Positions 47,762-60,300 of a DNA stretch of 64,000 bases are shown here, piece after piece (position 1 is the stretch's first letter; every line of letters starts with the position of its first letter). Origin of the DNA: Xylographa opegraphella (taxonomy: Eukaryota). The notes beneath the pieces are model-generated. The model ran no database searches. It was not told the DNA's origin and saw only the letters and a program-made list of their open reading frames with translations. Made by a program: the position numbers and the translations under genes. The stretch is from contig JALDZX010000079.1 of NCBI GenBank assembly GCA_022813865.1, positions 1-64,000 of the forward strand, in the 5' to 3' direction.

Positions 47762-48533
47762 AAGAAGGATGGAATAATAGGCAGCACGCTTTACACGGGA
47801 CAGCGCTGCCGAACTGTCTTATAGATGTGGTTCAAGTCATTCCTCACGGAAGCCGAGGCACGCTATGCAGACCTCGAGGAAGAGATATGATGATTTCTCG
47901 AGTAGCAAAGTGCTCGGAGTCTACCACGAAAGCGAACGCTGTGGTTGGAAAGTGCCTATGAGAGGCACTTCTTTATGGCTGACTCTGTGTCATGCGTCAG
48001 CTCTAGGGTCATCTTTGCTGCAATTCTACCGATTCATCTGATCTCGATAGGTCGCATTCTTCGATCTCGGCCGGTCGGAACACCGGTCAATGCGGAGGAT
48101 GGGTGATTTGTTTCAGGTGGGTGACAGGCTGGCTACTTCTGAAAACATGATACTGCGCCCTGATCTTTGTCGAATGGATTGCGCATCACATTATATCCTT
48201 TTGTGCGCTTGAGAGATGTGTGCATGAACTCCGACTTGATCTACATTTTCGTCGCGTGTCATTCCCGTAATGCTGCTACACAAGCCCAAGCCACGGGACT
48301 CCCAACGTTACAAACTAAAGGATCCCGCATAATGACAACAAGTTGGATCAAGGAACTTGCCTAGTAATGATTTTTCACCACTTTGTAGCTTGGTATATTC
48401 TTCGATTCTTCTAATCCTCTGTCGAGATTGTATTCTCTTACCGTATTTGTGCATTGTCGCCCAGATGCGACGCCATGGTTTTGTCCTAACTATGTGTTCC
48501 TTGTGAATTCACTTCAGCTATATCTCATTCAAT

Positions 48534-50051
48534 ATGTCCTTCTGTGCATTTCCTGTCGTTCGAAGGCCGCCTGCCCGGCGTCCTTCTCTGGTTATTAACA
48601 TCAAAGATCTGGTCGCGATCGAAAAACACACCGATAAAATGATCTCCAGTCTACAGCAAAGTAACTATCCGTCCACACCTCTTCATACCACCGATATCAT
48701 TGCTTCGGAATATATGTACCCAAGCAGTACTACCCCTATGGAATCCGAACATCTTTCCATTAACTCATCTCGAGACTCCTTCCTATCGAATGACGACCTG
48801 CAATCGCTTGGCTTCCGATCCCAAGACGATCTTGATACCCCACTCAGCTCAATAGCCAGTTCTCCGTCTACCCATCAATACCCCTCAACCCGCTTAGGAA
48901 AGCCCGAAAGCTCATCGCAAACTGTAAGCAAGTCAAGAACGGAACAGCCAGATCCGGGGAAGTCCTCGGTGAGTCGACGCAACGAGACTAAGACACAAGA
49001 ACCAGCTTCGCGCAACGGCAGTGGCTTTGTATCTAGTCATAGGCATGCAGCGTCCGAAAATTCAGCCAAGTTATCGAAACGTTTGCCGCCTTTACCTCTG
49101 CAACTGAATTCCAGAAATCTTCTACAAAGCGACAGCTCTTACGAGTCTGTGGCTCAAAAGATTGCAGCGATGGGCAGCAATGGTTCGAAAGATGCTTTGG
49201 GGTCGATGGGTACTAAGCGTCCTTACGAAGCACGACGTGCGGCCAGTGCAGACGAGGGGAGAAAGGTGGCTTTTACAACACTTCCGTCAATGAGAGTGGA
49301 AAGTTCTCGGAAAGCATTGCCCACAGTGCCACCAAAAAATATGCATTCATCCAGGCCTAAGATTCCGCAGGATGAAATGGTTAAGTTATCGTCCACATCG
49401 AGTAGCCTCCATCCTGATGTTTTGTTTTCGATCCCGGACCTAGAGGCTTCTGATCAGGTCAGTAACTTCATTGTGGCACCGGTAGCGCACGCCAAGCAGC
49501 CCTTGCGGTCTTATACCATGGACAAGCCGAGTAAAGGTCTCAATGTCCTTACCGCCATGACCTCAAAACCGATAGTATGTGAAAATCCTTTCGTCAACAA
49601 ATCATCAGATGCTAAAGGCGGTGCTGCTCGGTTGAACCCTAAAGAGAAAGTGATACCTCCTCTGATACCAGCTGCAAAGCCTACGATATACGACAAGGAA
49701 ACACCTCTTCCAAATGTCTTTCCAACACAAAGAAACAATAAACGACCCACTCCAGCACCACCTTTGACGTCAATTCACTTTTCTTGTTATCAATCTCACT
49801 GCAATATGAATAATTCTAAGAACGATATCGCTCAAGTACCGTGCATGGTATGCAAAGTGGACGATAAAGAGGTTCGATGGAAGTGTTCGTGGTGCTGTCT
49901 GAGGATCTGCAATAGGTGTATGGACGTCCTGGGAGAGACCAAGGACAGAAATTTGGAGGCGTTGTTACAGGCAAGGCAGAAAACCAGCATTGCCAATCAG
50001 CCGTGGCATTCAACAGTTTGGGAGGGATTAGTTGATGGACCTAGCTTCTGA
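48534..50051 (+). CDS. Uncharacterised Ser/Pro-rich protein with C-terminal Cys/His putative zinc-binding domain
   Basis: 505-aa ORF ending in HFSCYQSH..VPCMVC..RWKCSWCCLRICNRC. Confidence 0.7.
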   Translation: MSFCAFPVVRRPPARRPSLVINIKDLVAIEKHTDKMISSLQQSNYPSTPLHTTDIIASEYMYPSSTTPMESEHLSINSSRDSFLSNDDLQSLGFRSQDDLDTPLSSIASSPSTHQYPSTRLGKPESSSQTVSKSRTEQPDPGKSSVSRRNETKTQEPASRNGSGFVSSHRHAASENSAKLSKRLPPLPLQLNSRNLLQSDSSYESVAQKIAAMGSNGSKDALGSMGTKRPYEARRAASADEGRKVAFTTLPSMRVESSRKALPTVPPKNMHSSRPKIPQDEMVKLSSTSSSLHPDVLFSIPDLEASDQVSNFIVAPVAHAKQPLRSYTMDKPSKGLNVLTAMTSKPIVCENPFVNKSSDAKGGAARLNPKEKVIPPLIPAAKPTIYDKETPLPNVFPTQRNNKRPTPAPPLTSIHFSCYQSHCNMNNSKNDIAQVPCMVCKVDDKEVRWKCSWCCLRICNRCMDVLGETKDRNLEALLQARQKTSIANQPWHSTVWEGLVDGPSF

Positions 50052-51397
50052 TTGGACTCAGTTGCTGCTTCATTGCCGGGATGTCCGTTGAAGGAGCACC
50101 ACCGAAACGAAAACAATTTGGGCACCTAGAAGATCTGCATTGAGCACTTCAAAAAGAGTGGAGATAGTAAAGAGAGATGCACGTTGATGCACCGTCCATT
50201 ACCTGCTGTCATGGACAGCAGCTTTGGTAATCAGGAGCCAAAACTCTCAAATGCTTAACATTTCGAATCGGTATTCGACAGTGCAGCAGACTACGATCAT
50301 TCGTACAGTTACGTTGCATACACACGAAGATGCTTTCAACCCAAAACATTTATCCCACCTGTATCACAGTCGTCCATACTAAGCTGGCTCATATAAAGCC
50401 CTATGACCCTGTAACCAGGACTCGGTTGCAGACCACCATTTGCCGCAGGAACTGTGTGGGCAGCGTGTTGATATTCCACTATTTATATGGAACGCGGTGA
50501 ACGAAGCTCCAACTTCGGGCCCCTATGACGGTGAGGGCGCTGGGAGGGGTTTTCACGTGTGTACGGGAGGCCACGGACAGTCTACACTAATTCTGCAACT
50601 GCGTTGCGAAAAGGGTGGATGGGGCCCGTGAAGCCGGAGGTCATTGAGAAGGATATCCTGGTGATGGTAAGCATCCTGCCGAGAAAAATGCCGGCCAGAT
50701 GATAATTAATGGAGAGAACGAATATCGTGTTCTGGTAATGTGTGGAGGTGGAGAAAGGTCAAGCGAGACGAAGTTACTAGATGATGAATCAATGAATTGG
50801 GTTGCAAGACGCTTACGAATTGACCTTTGGAGGACTCTATCAGATACCCCAGACGCTGATGTGATGATATTGGCCAGCCGTCTGAAGTGGGCTTGGTGAA
50901 AGGCTTTGTATCTATTGACAAAACATTCACTGACTCTTGTGATAAATGACTTACGTGATGTATGTATCTGTACGTCCGACGAAATAGTGCGAGTCCCGTC
51001 ATTTGGGCCACAGGGCAATAATTACTACTACGGTAATAACCCTAACACCATCCTCGCCCTTCCCTAACCATATCCATCCTTATAGCTATGCTATGGCATA
51101 CTCTTGTAATTCCGGCTCCGTATAAGTGTTCACGCAAGTAGTTTGATTTGTCGTGGCTGAGGCGAATTGAGGTGATAAGTCTACTTTTTAGTACGGGCAG
51201 ACATGAGCAGTCCGCACCGCTGGGAATTTTGGATGCGGAGTTTTGGTAAGTTGTAAGTTCTACGCTCCCACTTGTACTTCAACGAGCAAAGAGTACTGCT
51301 CGGTAGCATATAACGAGAACCATGTCTGACATTAGAGCAACTCATAATACGATTTCATGCATTAGACCGATTTCAAACAGCAGCGAGAAAAAACCGC

Positions 51398-52400
51398 TCA
51401 AACTCGCTGCCCATCCTGTGCTTGGTCGCCAGCGCTTCCCAGGCTGCTGACCCACTCCCGATATCTGAACACGTCCCCTTTGCCTTTGATCCCTCCGGCA
51501 GTGAGCCCCTTTCCGAATGCTCGTCGGCCGATCCATCCATCGACCACCGCGTCCACCTCCCTGTCGTTCATGGCCTTCTCTCCTATGTCGGGGCTTGTGT
51601 GGAGCAAAGCGTCCCGGAGCTCGGAAATGTCGATCTGGCCCGAGTCATCGTCGTCGAAGGCCGCGAACGCTGCCAGAAGTTCGGATGGCCCCGAGAGGGG
51701 GGCTAGCAGATTCGAGAGGGTCGATAAGTATGCAGGGAGAGCGAGGGTCGAAGGTTGCGAAGGTGGGAAAAAGGGCGCCAAAGACGAGCCGGATGTGTCG
51801 AGTCCTTATCGTTGTCGAGTATTAGCGAACCATGCTCGCATAAACTTCTACTAAAGCGATAGGTGGCATACCTAAACTTCCCAGCATTTCCACGACATCA
51901 TCCCTGTTCACTTGCCCGTCGCTATCCCGGTCCAACATCTGGAATGCTTCCCGCATCTCGCGCACTTGTGCCTGGGGAAGCCTCGACAGAGCGTCGTTGT
52001 GGAAGGTTGTCGGCGCTGGAGAGTTACCGTTCGCTGGTACTCTACTACTTCCACTGCCGTTCCTCGTATGCGTAGAAGAATTTGTCGGCATCGTCCCAAC
52101 AAGTGTCCGTACGTCCATCTGAGATTCCAGGCCTCCTGCCGCACTATCGTTTCGGCTCGGGGAAGTCGGTGGCTCCCTGGGAATCATTGATGAAAGGTTT
52201 TGATTCTTCGGTGTCCATTTTTCTGAAGTAGGGTCAGGCGAAGAAGAATCTTTAAGCCGCGATGGTGTCTGAGGCTTTGTGGACATATGGGTAGGGGTCG
52301 TGGGACGAATGGTTGTCGACGGGGACGAGGGTGACTCGGGGCGCCGAAAGGGCGAAGTACGCGGAGAGCCAAAGGAAAGAGGAGAGGGTTTGTATGTCAC
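51398..52400 (-). CDS. EF-hand protein, myosin regulatory light chain-like, with disordered N-terminal extension (1 intron)
   Basis: QVREMREAFQMLDRDSDGQVNRDD and LLAAFAAFDDDDSGQIDISELRDALL. An intron GTATGC..AAG near 51805-51870 joins the two ORFs. Confidence 0.85.
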
Positions 52401-53050
52401 CGGGTGAGACTTGGGCGGATGTCAGCTTCTTTGCGCTGCACGATAGAGTGCGGAGGTATGAGCAAGTGCAAAGACTTGTAGCTTGTGGTTCTTCCAGGGT
52501 TATGCTACTCACCATTCTGGGAACACGGAATATGCTTATACTGATATATCTTTGTATAACTTCCCGAGAGGTTGAGATTGATCAATCCAGTGCTTGTCAC
52601 CCTCGCTACAAGATCTGCTGTATAATGGTGTCGGAGGGGAAGGTCATGCCTTCCGTCAGGCAAAACACAAGCGAAGTAAACAACGCAGATAAACTTCGGT
52701 TCGTTGACAGGGGCTCTTAAGCTAGTACATTCGAAGTTAGCTCCCTGCTCAGGGTTCAGCCTTACGCATGGTCCCCTAATGGGGCCTTGCACGTGAAATG
52801 CGGCGACTTTCCTTACCAACGCCCTTGGTTGACGAGATGTGGCTCTCGAGGACAAGGGGAGGCACTGACTCTCTTTTGACACCCATTGGCGGTTACCACG
52901 AGTGTTGATGGAAGTTTTTCTCATCACTGCAACATAGATGGTGTTTCTATAAGCTCTGTGAGCTTCTTCTTCGCTTTGCGGGATTCTCTAATTTCCCGTT
53001 TCGCGATATTTAACGTACTATTATTTTCATGCACGGCCATTGAGTGCGCA

Positions 53051-55591
53051 ATGGCGACTATGCTTCCTTACAGACCACCGACCAGTGGTACCAGCCACAG
53101 CTCCAGCACGGGCCTCGATCGAAAGGCCTCTCTTTCGTCCTTTCCCTCCTCGAGGACCCTGTCAAGTACGTCTCTGCGTAACGGATCTTCCCACAAGGTG
53201 ATCACCGGTCGAAGTCGACGCAATGATTCTGACAGCAGTACACGAACACCACCAACACCTTCTTCTCATAGCAATCCAACCAACGCAGCAACCTCAGGTT
53301 CACCACGCAAGGTCAAGTCCCAGTACCCAGCAGATTCCTCAGAGCGACACGTGGAATACATTCTCGTTGCGTCATTCGATATTGATCGCGGCCCGACAAT
53401 GGAGCATCAATACCCCGGAGCCATAAGTGGAGATGAAAACATGCTGGCAGAACTCATGCTACCCGATCAAGCACATGTACGGAATCAAGATTGGACAATA
53501 TTCTTTCTCCACAAGGACACGGGTGGTGAGGAAGAAGCAGCGGAAGTGAGGAGACTACGAAAAGAAAGGATACAGCGGAGGAAGAGACGGAAAGAAGATG
53601 CCGCACGGGGAGTTGTGGAGGAGGGCATGCCGCAAGAAGTATCAGAAAACGAGGAAGAACAAGAGGATGAGGAAGACGAGGAGGAAGAGGAGGAAGTGGA
53701 GGGCGGGGAAGGTCCGCCACTGATATATGTTTTGAATTTAGTGAATACAAAGCAAGATACTACTGCGAAGAGGTGCTCCATCAAATATTCTCAGTCTTTG
53801 GAATTTGAACTGATACTGTTTCGATATAGAGGTGCAGTGGTAAAAGCGATGGCAATTTGCACACGACATTCATTTCTACACATATACAAGGTATGGGCAG
53901 CAAGGTAGATGTAATACCGGAGTTGTATTGACATTGCACAGCCTTTACTCCTGCTGGCTCTTGAAGAGTATTTCAAATCCCCTTATCCCGAGACTCTAGC
54001 CCTGTTGTATGATGCGGTCAATGCAATGGACCTCTCTTTGATGCCTCGGTTATCTGTATTAGAAAGACATATCTTGCAAGCCAGCGATACCAAAGACTTA
54101 TTTGTTGAGAAATTCGAACAAATGATACAGCAAAGAATGGCTCAGGAATCTCCCTCGGACAGCGCAACCTCGCCAGATTCGCCATCCAAAAAGAACGGAG
54201 ACACCACTCGTCCGAGTCAGCGCTATGGCATCCCTCGGGACACCCATGAGTACGAAACTCGGGTCGTGTACAATGGCATCCCCATACCAATCAAGATTCC
54301 CACCGCAGTATCCCCCGAGACAGTAGGAGACTTTTCCGTTGTCAAACTGATTCAAGGCTTCTCCGCACCCCACGCCACATCTCCTCAACCCTTCGCCTTA
54401 CACCCTCATCTTACGACCAGCGGCTCATACACGCACCCCGTAATAGTCCTGGTCAATGCAATTCTCACACAGAAAAGAATTATATTCCTTGGTCACAATC
54501 GGCCTTCGGGTGAGGTTGCGGAAGCTGTCCTTGCTGCTTGCGCTTTAGTGTCCGGTGGTGTGCTTCGTGGATTTACTCGGCATGCCTTCCCATATACCGA
54601 TCTGACGAAAATCGACGATTTGCTAAAGGTACCTGGGTTCATCGCTGGTGTGACCAATCCCGCTTTCGCCAATCATCCTGAGTGGTGGGATCTTCTTTGT
54701 GACATCCCAACTGGTCGCATGAAAATCAGCCATCGAATCGAGCAGGCGCCTCTTACCGAAGGCTTCGTCTACTTCCAGCAACAGAATCCCACATTCGCAC
54801 CCAATAGCAGCGGTATCGGTGGGGGGCCGTCGCTTGTGAATGGATCACTGGACCCCACAGGGGATCAGGCTTTCATTGATGATGTCCTCCGAAGTATCGC
54901 CTCCCGTCATGGGGAATCTGTCATTCGTTCGAAATGGCGCGACTACATCATCAAGTTTACCCGGATTGCAGCCGCGTTCGAGGAAGCTGTCTACGGCGCC
55001 TCAGCGTTATATATTGGCGCTTCCGAAGCCGACGCCGGCGCCTATGGCGTCTCTGGTCATGGCTATGTTTGGCCCGACGATATCAGCCGAGGCCGGGAGC
55101 TTGGCGCGAATGTTTGGCGGATTGAAGGATGGCGTCTAACACGCAGCTATTATAGCTTCATTCAAGACCTTGCTGCTTTGTGGGGCCGGCTGCCTATTCG
55201 CAAGCTTGACTTGGGTCATCAGTTAGACCGTCTGCGACAGCTGAGGCTGAGCCACGAGGAGAGTGGAAAGATATTTCTTGCCATGCGAGACGCGATCCGA
55301 AGCTATGACGAGGTGTGCCAACTATTGACCGCCACTCCCGAAAATCATGCCGGGTTATTCTACCTTAGCTTGGGCCTTTTCCATCCGGATGCGAGCGTCC
55401 GGAAAGGGACAGTAGAATTGATGGAAAGGATCCGGGAGCACGAAGCCGGACGACACTTTTATGCTCAACTTGGCCGGTTCGCCAAGTGCGCCTTCTTGCG
55501 GATCAGGAAGGAAGACGAGACGAGAGGGAAGAGGGATACGGATACGGATACTATTGATACGAGACCAAGAACGGCATGGAGACGGAGTTGA
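53051..55591 (+). CDS. mesA: Polarity-axis stabilisation protein MesA / Afi1-like (DENN-related), 2 introns
   Basis: Motifs [58 protein letters not shown] and [15 protein letters not shown]. Introns 53773-53829 and about 53891-53941. Confidence 0.88.
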
Positions 55592-56277
55592 GTGCGAGGG
55601 GTCGGGATTGAGAGCATGGGTGTGGTGATTGAATGAGAGATACCCATTTGTTATATGCAGCATAGGCTAATCTTTGGTCCTTGAGCTCGGACTCTGTAAT
55701 GAGTTTTTAATTTTGGAACACCATTTCAGTACAATATGCCTCCTCCATGCTGCTATTCAGTCAAACCGCTCACGTATGACCTAGAGCTCCTGCAGACTGA
55801 CATAACTACTGATTGTGTCTCTCGTCTGTTGTCGGGACCTGTAAAGTCGTTTGGAAGCATCAAGCTATGTCCGGCAAAAGCCTTCGACTGTCTCTAACCA
55901 TTGTACTTCCACAGGTATAATCGGCAGTACTCGAAGTATCACCATCACTCTAAGCTGGTGAACGCCACGAAAGTGGGAGTCAGAAGGGCCCCTAAAAGAC
56001 CACAGCCATCCCTTCCGAAGGGCAAGAATTGTAACATTTCCCTACACCAAAGCTTCGAGAATGCTTCACGCTGTTTACTAATGATGAACCTAGCGAGCCC
56101 GTGGAATGGCCATAGCCGCAATTTTGTCTAGGGTCCAGGACGATAGGGAGTAAGAGTGACCGGTAACATATGCCCTGGGTACGGGAGGCAACGCAATGGC
56201 GTGTTGGTAGATCAGTAGCCACAGTTGTGGTTGAGGGTCAAATTCGTTGAGCAGGAGGACAGGAGTGCTGTAGTAGC

Positions 56278-57018
56278 TCAATAGAATCCCAAAGGTCGTT
56301 CGCTGGTTTTCATAGATACGGAGTCTGTGGCGTCAGACGCCTCCTGTTTGGTCCTCCCATGGCTACTGAGCTCCTCTTCGCTCGTAACACCGTTGCTAAC
56401 AAGAACTTCGTTGATCGGCGATTGATCCGTCGTTGCCGCTCTCGCTGCCTTCTTTGCCTTCTTTCCGGCTTTTGTCTGCCATAGTTGCTCATCCTGCTCG
56501 ATCTCTCGCAGAACTTGGTGTTGCCGTTAGCGTAATCAAAGGAAACAAGTATCATTCTACGAACCTTCTTCCCATTCTTTTTCCTTCTCTTTGTTCCCGG
56601 TACCTAAGAGGCCTTCAACATCCACATCCTCACCCCGCTGCACTCTTTCGAGAACCTCCCGGAGCAAGGCAATCCTCGCATCAGCCTTCCGACTGAAGTT
56701 TGTGAACTCGTTTCGCAGGGCGATCATTTGAATTGCATTGGACCCAATGAGTAAGAACATGATTATGTAAAATGTTGCCGGGTTCCACTCCTTGTTCTTT
56801 GGGACTTTGCTTGTATACAACGTAGGCTCTCGTTTCCTAAGGAATTTAGGAACCATAGAGTGCCAGAATGAAGGCTGAGCAACCCGAGGTAGTGATTCTG
56901 CGGACGATGCACATGCCCTTTGGGTCTTTGGAACGAATATCGGAGCTCCAGAGTAGAACAGGGATAGCGGAGGTCGACCAATACATTGTTGGATAGCTCG
57001 GGTACGAAGCATCTTCAT
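56278..57018 (-). CDS. Conserved fungal single-TM protein (DUF5321-like), probably mitochondrial (1 intron)
   Basis: Motif SFWHSMVPKFLR..EWNPATFYIIMFLLIGSNAIQMIAL..LLREVLERVQRGEDVDV. An intron after EWEE splices to VLREIEQDE and ends PLGFY*. Confidence 0.75.
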
Positions 57019-57308
57019 GCCTCCACCTGCAGAATATGCAATCGTCTCCGATACTGGAACACGGTGAATTGGTCAAACTCGAATGCATTGTTAGGTAGAA
57101 ATTCACGGGGACCAACTAGCTCGATTCTGCCACCACGCGAGCAGGGATTAATAATACTCACCGCCCGGCTCTGTTTACTTCGAACATCAACGCTTCTGGG
57201 GTAACACGTGTGGGAGAAGTTTTAGCTGTATCGCCATCGCTGTAATATGCTAATGTGTACTTCTAATTGCTTGTCGTCTTTTCTGCCTCTATCTATCGTC
57301 TATAAGCA

Positions 57309-60300
57309 ATGACCAATCAAGAATTGCATGCGCACATAGCACGTATCAAGCAATCACTAGCCTCTCCAACAACTTGTACTTCTGCTACCGCGGAAGCTTT
57401 ATCCTCCATTTTGACACCTAACTCGTCTACGGTTCCACACAAAGCAAATCCTGGTGCTTACTCACAGAAGCAGAATGCAAGACTACCAGTTGCCCGCGGG
57501 GCGAGCGGCCCAGCTGCTAGATCGAAGAAAAAGCTTGAAGTGGCTATACTCGAAATACAGGAGCCGGAGGAGGGGCGTCTTGATCCTACAGGGAGATTCA
57601 AGCTTGCTATGGAGGTCGTGAACATAACATTGAAACAACTGACGGAGGCGCTGAAGACGCCGGTGATGCAAAAGCCTCGGCGAAGACTACCCTTGAATCG
57701 AACATCATCCGAGTCACAGAGCAGAGGACCATCCAACCCAGGGTCTCCTGTCCCTCTTCAGCCACGCAGTGTCAATCGTGTTACATCTGTGGCATCTGGG
57801 AGCTCGTGTAGCAGACGCTCGTCGTGTGCCGACCAGTCTGAACAGGCAACGAGCATACTGGCCCTTGCCGAGTGCGCTCGGACGGCATTGGCAACATTAA
57901 GGGCACTGGAATCGTCTGGAAGTACAGAATTTCAAATGCCGAGCCTCCAATTAGAGGCCGGAATGTCTGCATTTATTGGCAAGCTTGTCGCGTTGGGTAT
58001 GGACGAAATAGCTGTCAAAGAGCTGCGAATACTAACCAAGAGAATATCTGCACAAGGGGCAGAAGGCGAATCTTTGGTCAAGCGCACCATGATAGACTTG
58101 CTGCACATCAATCATGTCCCGTCTGATCCTCAAACTGTATCATTGATTGTCACGACGCAGTTGCAAATCCTGAAGCTTCTTGTAGTCAAGAAGCGTGGCT
58201 TTAACCTAGAGACTGCGTACAAATATCTTCGGCTTTCAAATCCCGGTTCCCCAGCAAATCTTCTTGATTGGCTGGTGGCCAGCCCCTCCCCGGAATTCCG
58301 AACGAAAGCTCTGAGGCAGATGGAGACCCTAGCGCAACTGCTGCTGTCGCTTTGTCAAGTAGACGCTACCGAAACTGGAAGGATCCCCAATGCAAGTGTT
58401 GCTTTCCAATACCAAATCCTGGCGCTTCAACTACGAGGGAAATGGTGGAAATTAGCTGGACACAAAGTGGACAAAGAAAAGGAATTGCTCAACCCTTTTG
58501 TCAGATATCTCAACGCCTTCGTTCAGTCGACGGTAAATGTCGATGAAGAGTTATTTAGTTTCGTCAGAAGTACTGTTGATAATTTATCCGAGACCGTCGA
58601 ATTCATGTTGGTGCCATCCATCCTTCAGATATTGTCCGACTTGGCTTCAAAGTGCAAGAATTTCAGCAATGCAATAAGGTATTCGAACCTGCTACTGACG
58701 GCCTACAACAATAGCAATGCTTCTAAAGCTCGAGTTTGTGGCGTTCTGTGCCGACTGGCTAAATTGCAGCTGCAGCTTGGAGACCTGAAAGATGAAAAGT
58801 CCACGGACGAGACTTTGAAGATGCTCCTCAACGCTGTCAAAGCTTTAAAAGGAAATTTGACGGGCGATTCTTCGGACTTGGACGAATTACTAATTCAGTT
58901 TACAAGTCTACGGAAGAAATGCCTCTCATACTTACATTCCAATCATGAAGTGCAAGCTTACGAGACTGTCTGTCTAGAGCTTGTCTTGCTTGGTTCGAGG
59001 TTTCTAATACGCTATGTTGGCGAACGTCCTGCTGTGATGGCTACCAAGGGTGTTGAAGACCGTTTTCTAAAACGCCTTGGATTCGCCCGCCGGGTTATAC
59101 TGTCAACCGTTGAAGCTATCGCATCCTTGGCAAAGCTTTCACTCGCCGACAATGCTGTTGTCTGGAAAACTATTGATATGGCCTTACAGGACTGTGTAAG
59201 TCTGCTTTCAAACTTCGATATATCGGATCTCTCTGAGAAGACATCCCCGAATGTGTCCTCTCCCAAAGACTTATCTTCTTTCTCTCTATTGTCAAATGCA
59301 TACTGGTGCCATTATCTGAAGCAGAAATCGGTATGTCCAAAGTTAGAGGACCTTCGATCATGCCTTCAAAAGTCCATTGATTTGATCATCGAACGGCCCA
59401 TTCTGGAGAAGCGCGCGGCATTTCTTCCTACAAAACTTGTTAAACTGGCGGAAATCTACGAGCAATGCAAACAGACGCGGGAAGCCAAGGCCACCTACGT
59501 TGAAGCTCTAAAAGCACAGATGGCAATGGGCTCTCTACGTATTGCTGCCGAATGTGCTGCTTCAAACTCAGTTGCCCAGATTTTCGGCTATGACAGCGGT
59601 ACGTCAATGCTTGCTAAATTGCTCGAGCGCTATATCATATTGACATGTAGAACCGTTCCTGACGAGCAGAGCATACAATACTTTGACGATGATCAACTTT
59701 GTGATCAAGAGCGTGGCATACTGCTTGAGTATCAATCTAGGGTTCTAAGCAGCGCGATGCCTGTTCCGAGAACACATATGTGGACGAGCGCTTTGAGAGA
59801 AATATCCTCAACCTTACTCAACTTATACGATGAGGACAACTTTCCCGTTAGAAGGTTACGTGTTGTAGTTCGGATTCTTCAAGTCCATGCTTTGCACCAC
59901 GCAAGTTTCGACCCAGTGTTCATCGGAAATATCTTGACTGCTCGGAGTTCCTGTGATCTGTTATCTCTAGGCTGTGACTCTGGATTGAAGAAATACCTCA
60001 CTCATCTCCATGCCTTTCGAGAGGTACTCTCGACAATGGTTTCAAGTCCACCGAACCCCAAGGATCTGGACGGGCCTCTCAGAATTTGGTCAGAACTTAT
60101 CGAAGATGCGAAGCTGAAGACTGTGCTTCTGGATCAAATAGATGATACTGACGACTGGCTCCATTGTCTGGAAGACATTGCAGAGTATGTCTACATGCAA
60201 GGACGTGAAAAGCAACGGCTTTCTGTCTTACAACTCACTGCAACAATTCATGGGTTGATCCACGCTGTGAACGATCCTGCTTGCGTCTCCAATCTCATAG

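Noticed and set aside
50440..50899. Short protein-like ORFs between the zinc-domain gene and the EF-hand gene
   Set aside because: I could not build a coherent spliced model or recognise a motif. A degenerate relic remains possible but is unsupported.
51036..51070. Telomere-like CCCTAA hexamers
   Set aside because: Two isolated copies, not a tandem array.
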